24,773 nucleotides of DNA from NCBI GenBank assembly GCA_044869275.1, contig JBIOXB010000167.1:1-24773 (forward strand). The letters are read 5' to 3'. The DNA is from a bacterium (lineage in GTDB: Bacteria; Zhuqueibacterota; Zhuqueibacteria; Zhuqueibacterales; Zhuqueibacteraceae). The translations under genes and the position numbers were made by a program. A model generated the notes under the pieces. The model saw only the letters and a program-made list of their open reading frames with translations, did no database searches and had not been told where the DNA came from. Every line of letters starts with the position of its first letter. Within the stretch, counting starts at the first letter, position 1. Below, one piece after another: positions 1 to 7,608 of this stretch.

Positions 1-115
1 ACTTATTTGTAAATGTTTTTATGAATCTATGTACTAGTTTTTGAGAACTTGACACAGGCACATCATTAGAATCGACTCTGCGAATGACATTGTCCAAGGG
101 GTAAATCTGGCTCAT
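1..115 (-). CDS. Hypothetical protein, N-terminal part only (runs off the left edge); third gene of the TIR operon
   Basis: Hand translation of the minus strand from ATG at 115 is open to the edge: MSQIYPLDNVIRRVDSNDVPVSSSQKLVHRFIKTFTNK. An AGGAG Shine-Dalgarno at 125-121 overlaps the tandem TAG TAG stops of the upstream gene. Too short for the ORF track. Confidence 0.65.
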   Translation of the reverse strand, partial: MSQIYPLDNVIRRVDSNDVPVSSSQKLVHRFIKTFTNK

Positions 116-126
116 AGAGGCTCCTA

Positions 127-2625
127 CTATTTTGCAGCACTCAGGTTCTTGAATTGTTTTTTCAGTTGCCGGACCAGAATCCACTCAAAATTCAGTCGTT
201 TAATCTCAAGCCGGGGAAGGGCACTTGGAGAACTTACGATGGCAAGCAAGTTCTCTAAGCGATTCGACCAATAGTTCAACAAGTCTCTTTGCTTTCCTGC
301 ATCTTTTAACGCGGCTTTAAGTACTTCAAGGAAAGTCTGTAAACGCTCTGCGACATTTTTGTCCTTCGGCTCTTTTGCAAAACCATGCAATATGAGATAC
401 CATTCCGTGAGTAAGGCATAGATAAGATCGCTTTCATCTTTTTGTAACACAGCAGGCATGCCGCGATGAAATAACCAGTCGAAAAGAAATTGGAACCGTT
501 CTATTACTGATGATTCTACGAGGTCGGTAAATAGCGGGTATTGCGAAGGCCACTTGCCGTAACAATCGAATTCCAAATGACGAATTGAATGCGCACTATA
601 ATCCAGGATGAATCTTAAGGCAAAAAAAGCGGAAAGAGAGTGTGCGGGGTCTTGCTCTTTTTCAGGTAGCCACGAGCGTATCGTTCTCAAGAGAAACAAG
701 AGACTATGGCGATCAAAGGAATTCGCTTGTTGAAATAAGTGCTGAAATACCGTGAGCCGAACTTCGCCGCCTCCGTCGATGAGTCGTTTCATCCAAAAAT
801 ATGTATCAAAAGACTCTACAAACCTCAAATACTGTACAATGTCAAAAACTATTTTGTGCTGCTTCCATTCAAAAAGCTGATCCAAAAAGCTCCGTGCGGT
901 GTTTTTTAATTGGTTGTTTACGAGTAACTTACGTAGCAATTTACTTATGCGAAGATAAAAAAAACTCTTTTGTTCAAGCTTTTCCAAAATCTGATCGAAC
1001 ATTTCCTCTAAACTGGCATTGGGATCGACTTCCATATGGAGTTGATATGTGATAGATACAATCATTCTCGTAAGCCATTCCTTTCCATATTGCTCAGGGT
1101 ATGCCAGCGCCATATTGATCGCTAGATCGATGACATGATTTGTTACTTGATCAGTAGGATGAAAAAGCAAGCCCAATCTCATTATGCTGTTAAATTGATG
1201 CAGCAAAAATATGCTAGCTTTTTGTTCAAAATAGGAGACTATATCGTTCCTTAGATAAGGTGAGGTGAAGGTAATGACGCGAACAGAATCGTTGAATTGG
1301 CTGGTTTGAAGGTAACATTGTTCTAAGATTTTGTCGGGATCATTTTGCCAGATTTCGATCAGGCGTCTTTCCTCTTGCTGCTGAATTTGTTTTATTTTGC
1401 CTTTTTTTGTAGTATGAGAAACGTTAGTAGAAACAGAAGTGGTTTTCTCGCCAAGGAGCAAAGAGACAATTTCATGAAAATCGGTGGGGCGCAATTCCGG
1501 AAAATAAGCAGCGACGTACAATACCACTTTTTTGAGAGGGTCGTCCTGTTCGAATAAAGAAGATGCCGTGATGCTTTTATTTTTCTGCAATAAATTTGCT
1601 AGGTCGCGTTCATCTTTGAGCTTTTTGCGTTCTTCAATTACTTTATCTATTCTCCCCTTGTGAAGGTAATCAGTGAATTCTCTGTAAAATTCAGAGGCGT
1701 CATGTTGCCACAATCCTCGTTTGCGTTGTTGAAGAATTTCAGCAGTCATTTCTTCATATTGGCTTGGTGCAAACTCTTGCAATCTTGTTTCTAAGAAAGG
1801 CACCTCCCAGAGTTTGAATGGAGGAGTCTTTTGTGGTTTTTCAAGTTTCTCGCGATGATAGGATGAATCTAAAATGCAAATTAGAAAAAAATTATTCTTT
1901 TTTAGATTATTCTTTATGTGTTGGGGGCCAAAAAACTCATCTGCGAATAACGATGCGACAAAAGTTTGGGCAAGATCATCTATTCCGCTAACTGCGATAA
2001 TTTCGCTATCTTCCGATATACTTTTAGTAGTCAAAAACAGATTGATGGTCAATTCATGAGGATTAACACCAGGTTTGTGGAAATCTAAAAATTTCTTGGA
2101 TTGACATTCTGACTCAATTCGACTAACAAGGGCATGCATCGCTGCTCGAGCAACAAGCGGATCATAAGAACTTATCAATATGATATGATCTTTCATAAGA
2201 TCATGACAATGAAGATCAATATCGTTTGAAATCAGTTTTGGGATGCTGTCATCAACGAATGAAAGTTCCTCCGTGAATTCAGTATATGGTTTTTCTTTCA
2301 AAGTATCTTTTTTCTGGTCGTTGACTATTCCGAGCAAACTCGCGAGATCTGTGAGTATATTAACATTCAAATCATGGCCCACTTGCGTATTATTGCCTCC
2401 GCCTTTAGCATCAATCCGTTGCTTAATTTTCGTTTCACTACCCATTGATTGCTCTGGGTAGCTTTGCGTGTTGTTACTTGTTGCCTCGTGAGGTGTTTGT
2501 ATTTCCTTAAAGCTTTCTTGGCTAGCATCGGCTTGACCAAGCTCTGTCGAAGTCAGCGCCCCTTCGCAATGTTGGCAACCGGTTGCCGTCAGCATTTCAT
2601 TTTTGCAGTGTGGGCAAATAGCCAT
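127..2625 (-). CDS. 832-aa protein: N-terminal zinc ribbon, RHIM-like motif, putative degenerate P-loop (STAND-like) domain and helical C-terminal region
   Basis: Long ORF with AAGGGA RBS. CPHC-x9-CQHC at aa 4-20 and NNTQVGHD motif within aa 67-90. A strand-helix unit HIILISSYDPLVARAAMHALV (aa 147-167) sits where a Walker A could be but lacks GKT. The C-terminal half is Leu-rich and amphipathic. The CDS is certain; the domain calls are inference. Confidence 0.85.
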   Translation of the reverse strand: MAICPHCKNEMLTATGCQHCEGALTSTELGQADASQESFKEIQTPHEATSNNTQSYPEQSMGSETKIKQRIDAKGGGNNTQVGHDLNVNILTDLASLLGIVNDQKKDTLKEKPYTEFTEELSFVDDSIPKLISNDIDLHCHDLMKDHIILISSYDPLVARAAMHALVSRIESECQSKKFLDFHKPGVNPHELTINLFLTTKSISEDSEIIAVSGIDDLAQTFVASLFADEFFGPQHIKNNLKKNNFFLICILDSSYHREKLEKPQKTPPFKLWEVPFLETRLQEFAPSQYEEMTAEILQQRKRGLWQHDASEFYREFTDYLHKGRIDKVIEERKKLKDERDLANLLQKNKSITASSLFEQDDPLKKVVLYVAAYFPELRPTDFHEIVSLLLGEKTTSVSTNVSHTTKKGKIKQIQQQEERRLIEIWQNDPDKILEQCYLQTSQFNDSVRVITFTSPYLRNDIVSYFEQKASIFLLHQFNSIMRLGLLFHPTDQVTNHVIDLAINMALAYPEQYGKEWLTRMIVSITYQLHMEVDPNASLEEMFDQILEKLEQKSFFYLRISKLLRKLLVNNQLKNTARSFLDQLFEWKQHKIVFDIVQYLRFVESFDTYFWMKRLIDGGGEVRLTVFQHLFQQANSFDRHSLLFLLRTIRSWLPEKEQDPAHSLSAFFALRFILDYSAHSIRHLEFDCYGKWPSQYPLFTDLVESSVIERFQFLFDWLFHRGMPAVLQKDESDLIYALLTEWYLILHGFAKEPKDKNVAERLQTFLEVLKAALKDAGKQRDLLNYWSNRLENLLAIVSSPSALPRLEIKRLNFEWILVRQLKKQFKNLSAAK

Positions 2626-2645
2626 AAAATATCCCTTGAATCAGT

Positions 2646-3341
2646 TTAGATTTTACCTTCAGAATGCTCTTTGAAATGTGCCTTTATATCATCACTCAGG
2701 CGATCCAGGAAAGACTCTTCGTCATCGCTATACTCGATCCAGTTGAAATCAGCAATCTCAAGAGGGATTTCGCAGTTATCGAGTTTAATGGGCAACACAA
2801 AAGCGCAGGCGCGTGGGCGAAATTGCGACATCTCCAAAATTTGACGCAGTTCTTTCTGAATATAGCCGATTTTAGACACAGACTTTGATGATAATAAAGT
2901 GATGGCAAAGTCTGATTCCTTGATCGCCTGTTTGATTTTATTGTCGAATACATCTCCAATGCGTAGGGACTTGTCATCCTTCCAAATTTTTAATCCCCTG
3001 CGCTGTAGTCCTAAAAAGATTTTTTCTGCAACTGCGCTATCTTCTCTGGCATAGGAAAGGAATACTTTGATATCCTTCGTACGTAATTTGGAAGCTGTTT
3101 GATCATGGGGTGAAGAATCACTTTGATTTCCAGATTGTCGACCGACGGAAGTTGGTTTTTGTGCTTCAGTATTCTGAATATTGATCTTAATATCTCTTCC
3201 GACCTGAATGTTTGAAGATTTTCCTGATGAATTGATACTCTGCCTTACTTGATACCTATTGCGCTCATCTTTCTTAGACCAACCGCAACGTTGACAATGC
3301 TTTTTATCGGTCAAAGGACTAGCACACTCAGGGCACTTCAT
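2646..3341 (-). CDS. TIR-domain protein (bacterial TIR_2 type) with N-terminal zinc ribbon and RHIM-like motif
   Basis: C-terminal KVFLSYAREDS...IWKDDKSLRIGD...IKQAIKESDFAITLLSSKSV..GYIQKEL...VLPIKLDNCEIP is a canonical bacterial TIR signature, with Glu at the catalytic position (QKEL). Start moved from TTG 3356 to ATG 3341 because GGAG at 3354-3351 is a well-spaced RBS. Confidence 0.92.
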   Translation of the reverse strand: MKCPECASPLTDKKHCQRCGWSKKDERNRYQVRQSINSSGKSSNIQVGRDIKINIQNTEAQKPTSVGRQSGNQSDSSPHDQTASKLRTKDIKVFLSYAREDSAVAEKIFLGLQRRGLKIWKDDKSLRIGDVFDNKIKQAIKESDFAITLLSSKSVSKIGYIQKELRQILEMSQFRPRACAFVLPIKLDNCEIPLEIADFNWIEYSDDEESFLDRLSDDIKAHFKEHSEGKI

Positions 3342-4225
3342 AAAGCTGTGCTCCAATTTGGTTGTCAGTTAAGAAGAGGACATCTTATTGATTGTGCGAA
3401 CGCGTCTTCGACTTCACATGTCACTTCGCCGAATCTAAATCGGAACCCGCGGCTCAATAATACTAGCTCTTTCTCTTGAAAATCCTTGCTTTGTCTCTTC
3501 AGCAACGCGAAAAGTTCTCTGAGTTACACGTCACTCAATCAAACATAACTCGAGTGGAAAATTATGAGCGCGACTTGTGCATACCGTTTCGCTTGCGGAT
3601 CATTAAAGGTGTGTAGAAATGCAACCTTGTCTCTATTGGTAGCTATTTTTCGTACGTTGTTACAACAGTTTTCGCCGAACCTTCATCTTCCCTCCAAACC
3701 CCGTGCAAACCTCAGCTTTAAGGTTCTTGATTTTGGAGTGGTTTGTGTGACAGCGCTTTTAGGCGCTTAGGGAAATCGCTCGAAACAAACTCAGAAGAAT
3801 GGATGAAATAATCACATAGCTGCTCAACAAAACACAGCCAAAAGGAAAGGCAGGATAATTCTTGCGAAAGTAGAGAGGTTTGTCCAGCCCGAAAGGGTCG
3901 GCCAGAACGAAGGAAAGAGAGCCAAATGAACCGCAGATTATCAAACGAATGGAAGAGCGTCATGATCACCCCATTGCTTTTAAAAGCAACCGCCATAACT
4001 TTGGAATGAGTCAGGAGAAATTTAATATATTTGCCAACAAACGCAAGGCCAAAATGGCAGGGCAGCGGGACGGTGGGGATATTTTTCGATGAAAACGGCT
4101 GTGGCCGTTCGAACTGAAATCAGCCGTATCTTCATGCTTCCGAATGCAGGTTTTCCGAGGCGATTTCCAAACTCGGGGGGAGCGTGGCTGCTCTTTGGGG
4201 TCTTTACGTTATTTTAGCGCTAAAT

Positions 4226-4253
4226 CCTGTCCATTCCTGTCCAGATTTGTCCC
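4226..4253. repeat. Three TGTCC direct repeats at exact 10-bp period (possible integrase arm-type sites)
   Basis: cctgtccatt cctgtccaga tttgtccc, with TGTCC at 4228, 4238 and 4248. Confidence 0.6.
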
Positions 4254-4264
4254 TGCCACCAAAT

Positions 4265-4292
4265 AAAAAAGGGAACCGAGATGGTTCCCTTT
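4265..4292 (-). terminator. Intrinsic terminator downstream of tRNA-fMet
   Basis: Perfect 10-bp stem AAAGGGAACC (4268-4277) / GGTTCCCTTT (4283-4292) with a 5-nt loop, ending in a T6 tract on the minus strand. Confidence 0.85.
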
Positions 4293-4319
4293 CTGCTCAA
4301 AATCATGTACTTACGTTAG

Positions 4320-4393
4320 TAGCGGGGGGTGGATTTGAACCACCGACCTTTGGGTTATGAGCCCAACGAGCTGCCAGACTGCTCCACCCCGCG
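4320..4393 (-). tRNA. tRNA-fMet (initiator, anticodon CAT)
   Basis: CGCGGGGTGGAGCAGTCTGGCAGCTCGTTGGGCTCATAACCCAAAGGTCGGTGGTTCAAATCCACCCCCCGCTA. It has an unpaired C1/U72, three consecutive G-C pairs closing the anticodon stem and a GTTCAAATC T-loop. It is followed by CTA, not CCA. Confidence 0.97.
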
Positions 4394-4410
4394 GTGTCGG
4401 TTCGAGTATC

Positions 4411-4440
4411 ATAATATAAGAAAACACAGGTGGAAGTCAA
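4411..4440 (-). promoter_or_regulatory. Sigma70-type promoter of tRNA-fMet
   Basis: TTGACT (4440-4435) followed by TATATT (16-nt spacer) or TATTAT (18-nt spacer), about 20 nt upstream of the tRNA. Confidence 0.7.
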
Positions 4441-4653
4441 GTTCTTTTTTAGGCCGCTTTGGCGCGCTGTGGGGCGGCAGTCATCGCAATTCTGGCATCC
4501 GGTCGCTGCGGCAGCAAAACAATGCACGTGGGCCCCGCAACGGCTATCCGCGTGGTCGCAAGAAAAGCTGCCATCATCCGCTGAGGTTCAAAGTGCTCAA
4601 AGCGCTCAGAATCGCTGCCAAGCTCCCGTGTTCGAAACAGTTCCCCGAGTGGC

Positions 4654-4662
4654 TTATCCACA
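4654..4662 (+). promoter_or_regulatory. Consensus DnaA box TTATCCACA
   Basis: Exact 9-mer match in an intergenic region, with a one-mismatch copy TTATCCACC at 4792-4800. Confidence 0.35.
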
Positions 4663-4846
4663 CAAGACTTCGCTCGCGAAAACCATCATTTGCGATAGTT
4701 TATTTTTGTCTTTGAATCGAGTATACTCGTGCCAACATGGAGCAGTATCGCAATGCCGGTTATCGCTTCCCCGAGTTGCGCTGTAGTTCGATTATCCACC
4801 CCAATAGGCGAGGCGCTGCCAGAATTGAATATGTAACGGAGAATTC

Positions 4847-5353
4847 ATGCAACCCCACCCTCTCCCTCAGGACATTACCATTGCAGTGGTGGATGACGAT
4901 GTGAACGTGCGCACAGGACTATGGTGGTTGTTGAACAATATCGTGGGGTTACACTGCATCGGCACTTACGCGAATTATTACGAAGCTATGCAAGGCCTGA
5001 GATTGCAGGCGCCCGACATCGTGCTGTTGGACGTCACCATGCCGGGAGTCTCGGGAATTGACGCGATCCGCCCCATCCTGAAACAAGTGCCGCAGACGAA
5101 GATCATCATGCATTCGAATTACGACGATGACGACAAAATCATGCGTGCCCGCCGGGCCGGCGCCACCGGCTATGTTCTGAAAAACGCTTCCGCGCCCGCG
5201 CTGTACGATGCCATTCTGAGTGTCTATCGCGGGGAACCGGTTTGGCCGGCCGGCTACCAGGAAGCCGATATGCAATCATCGTCTCAGCCGGATTTCATCG
5301 GCCGCGTGGCCGGTAAGGCCCGCGCTTTGCTTCGGGGAGTTCGCCGCCGCTAA
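4847..5353 (+). CDS. Response regulator receiver protein (NarL/FixJ-like REC, no recognisable LuxR HTH)
   Basis: VVDDD acidic pocket, VLLDVTMPGVSGI phospho-acceptor Asp and GYVLK Lys. GGAG RBS at 4838-4841. Only a ~35-aa tail follows the REC domain. Confidence 0.9.
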   Translation: MQPHPLPQDITIAVVDDDVNVRTGLWWLLNNIVGLHCIGTYANYYEAMQGLRLQAPDIVLLDVTMPGVSGIDAIRPILKQVPQTKIIMHSNYDDDDKIMRARRAGATGYVLKNASAPALYDAILSVYRGEPVWPAGYQEADMQSSSQPDFIGRVAGKARALLRGVRRR

Positions 5354-5426
5354 TGCACGCTCTCCCGTTAGCCCATGACTTTCTGGACACCGTGTTTGGC
5401 GACTGACTGCCGAATATTGGGAGTTG

Positions 5427-5500
5427 ATCATTGACCTTCAATAATGGTCAATGGTAAATAGTAAATGGTCAATGGTGAATTGTGAATTGAATGGTCAATT
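5427..5500. repeat. Heptamer tandem repeat array (AATGGTC-like) with an inverted copy forming a hairpin between convergent genes
   Basis: aatggtc aatggta aatagta aatggtc aatggtg aattgtg aattg aatggtc from 5443. ATCATTGACC (5427-5436) pairs with GGTCAATGGT (5446-5455). Confidence 0.8.
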
Positions 5501-5506
5501 GCTGAT

Positions 5507-7231
5507 TCAGAAGGAGTAGCCCACCTCTGCCGAAAACAGAGTATTGCGCAAATCGTCGCCGGTATCCGTGCGGCTGGTTTGGTTGTCATAATTAGCCACC
5601 GCGCTCATTTGCCAATGTGCGCTTATTTTCCATGAAAGGAAAAGCAGAAGCGAATGATTGTTGTAGTCAGAGTAAAGGCTGGGGATTAGTGCATCTCTCA
5701 GGGGATCGTGCGGATACGTGCGCACCTCATAGGTGTGATTGAGGCTCAATAACACGCCGCGCGCGCTGAACCAATCCAAGCCCACGGTGAAGCCATGGGC
5801 ATAATAATCTTCATAGAAACCGCTGTTCAAAGCTGCCGCAGAGTTGCTCGCCTGATTTTGTTGCGCGCGCGTGCCGTGTACTTGCAGCAAAAAAACGTAA
5901 CCCCCGCTGATCTGCCAGTCGTTCCAAAACTTCGTTTCCAGCTTGGGATTGATTTTGGCGTTGAAAAAATCCGGAGTGAAGCGGCTGGCCGTTTTGTGTT
6001 GCCGCAGTGTCAAATCTCCCTCCACGCGCAGCGCTAGCCTCCCTTCCAACCCAAAACGCAAATCTGCGCGCAAGAATTCTTCCTGGTAGGAATTTTGAAA
6101 CGTGCTATCCGGTATGCCGGCAGGATAGTCACGCGCGCGCCAAATGTTCTGCACGAACACCCCGGAGTTCAGCGAGGCCTGCTGTGCGATGGAGGCGTCG
6201 AAGCGATGCTCCACGTAGTCATTCACCGGAAAACGGCCGTGCACGCGCATGCCATAGTCATAACGGGCGTGCAGGCGGGTCGCCATCCCAACACTGTATG
6301 CCGCGCCTAGAGCGATGGTATTTTGCAAATGATTGGGACTATAGAGATTTTCCTCGCGATAGCGCCGCACGCGCAGATCATCTTCCATCTCCACTCTAAA
6401 ATTTCGCCCGAAATTAACCCCGGCCCGTAACAAACTGGCATTTTGCCAATAGCGCAAATCGGTTTCCTGGCGATAAGCCGTGGCTTCGAAATCGTTTTCA
6501 AAATGCAGCGTGGCCATGGGCCAGAGCGTTCGCCGGCCGGAAAATTCCAACAGGCCGCTGTCGTAGTCGCGGCTGGTCTTGAGCAACGCCAGCAAGCGCA
6601 AATCATGAGGAGAACCCGGAGCGCGTGCAAGCTGAAACCTGAAACCGGCAAAGGGGTTGCCCGTGTTGCGCACCGAGCGCGTCGAAATACCTGCAAAAAT
6701 TTCGTCCAACGCCGGACTGCCCAAAACGTATTCGAACCGCGAAAGATCGACACCGGCCAGGACCTCCCGTTGTGTGTGCCAGCGCGCAGGTGTTGGTGTG
6801 GAAAAAGCATGTGCTTCCGCCAAGAGATATTCCTGTTGCGGTGAAGCGGTGGATGGAAAATCCGCGGAAGGCGGGGTGGCGATCAAATCCAGCGCGGTTT
6901 CCAACAACAGTTGTGCCGTCACATAGTCCTCGGATCGGACCAGGTTTTCAGCTTCCTGCAACAATTCGGTGACGCTGGAGAAAAGAGGAGAGTTTTTTTG
7001 TGGGTTTTTGCCAAGCCAGCGTTGTACGCGCACGCGCAGGATTTCGTATTCCGAAACCGTGCTCCATTCCAGCAGAGAAGAATCGGCAGCGCTGCGTGCC
7101 AGCGAATCCGCCTTGGGTGCAATTGTTCCAGTCACCTGCGCATACGACTCTGCGGGATTCTGGCAAATGGAACTGGCCAGACAGCAGAACAGCAACATGC
7201 CGGCAGTTTCATGTCGGGAGAGATGGCGCAT
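5507..7231 (-). CDS. Putative outer-membrane beta-barrel protein
   Basis: Signal-peptide-like N-terminus (..SYA|Q), many amphipathic beta-strands rich in Tyr/Arg/Phe, and C-terminal AEVGYSF ending in Phe (BAM-type signal). Start uncertain; the ORF extends to 7306. Confidence 0.75.
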   Translation of the reverse strand: MRHLSRHETAGMLLFCCLASSICQNPAESYAQVTGTIAPKADSLARSAADSSLLEWSTVSEYEILRVRVQRWLGKNPQKNSPLFSSVTELLQEAENLVRSEDYVTAQLLLETALDLIATPPSADFPSTASPQQEYLLAEAHAFSTPTPARWHTQREVLAGVDLSRFEYVLGSPALDEIFAGISTRSVRNTGNPFAGFRFQLARAPGSPHDLRLLALLKTSRDYDSGLLEFSGRRTLWPMATLHFENDFEATAYRQETDLRYWQNASLLRAGVNFGRNFRVEMEDDLRVRRYREENLYSPNHLQNTIALGAAYSVGMATRLHARYDYGMRVHGRFPVNDYVEHRFDASIAQQASLNSGVFVQNIWRARDYPAGIPDSTFQNSYQEEFLRADLRFGLEGRLALRVEGDLTLRQHKTASRFTPDFFNAKINPKLETKFWNDWQISGGYVFLLQVHGTRAQQNQASNSAAALNSGFYEDYYAHGFTVGLDWFSARGVLLSLNHTYEVRTYPHDPLRDALIPSLYSDYNNHSLLLFLSWKISAHWQMSAVANYDNQTSRTDTGDDLRNTLFSAEVGYSF

Positions 7232-7608
7232 GATGGCAATGATCTTGGCCAAGAACAAGAGCAAAATGAAACGACTCGATTTAAAAGGCAAACATTCTGC
7301 CATCATTCAATCGTGATGGCTCGTTCACGACTATGAAAACCTGTCTTCCTGAGCAAAAACCCCGAGCTATGCATCAACTTCATTAAAAACAGATACAACC
7401 CTAGCATCGCGACGGCGCGTTTTGGTCATCAAGTTGATCAAACGCATGAGACGGAATGTGATAAGAGGACAAAAAGTTGAACCAGGAGAAATTAAACTGA
7501 CCCAAGAAGAACAGGAGGAGTGTACGGGCAGGGGCGAAAATCAAGCCTTACGAAACGCGTGGCAATAGTACGAATGGTTGCTGCATTGGCATCCTGGTCC
7601 AGACGACT

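Larger units (their letters stand above)
1..4260. mobile_element. Right end of a putative genomic island inserted at/after tRNA-fMet
   Basis: Visibly AT-richer than the backbone after ~4450, carries defence-like cargo and abuts the tRNA 3' end. Phased TGTCC repeats lie next to the junction. No integrase or second att site is in the window. Confidence 0.55.

Noticed and set aside
3120..3160. TSVGRQSGNQS in the TIR linker as a second pseudo-repeat of the QVGRD motif (HET-s-like two-rung layout)
   Set aside because: Only VGR matches, and the flanking alternating hydrophobic pattern is absent.
2646..3341. Assignment to Thoeris, CBASS or Pycsar because of the TIR domain
   Set aside because: No SIR2/Macro ThsA, CD-NTase or cyclase partner is visible in the window, and the neighbour architecture does not match those systems.
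3564..4220. Short ORFs (3564..3770, 3718..3996, 3880..4092) and a stop-interrupted frame from ATG 3962 as an integrase or excisionase remnant
   Set aside because: No tyrosine/serine recombinase or HTH motifs are recognisable, and the ORFs overlap on both strands without clear coding signal.
4303..4786. ORFs overlapping the tRNA and its promoter
   Set aside because: They are translations through the tRNA-fMet gene and intergenic DNA.
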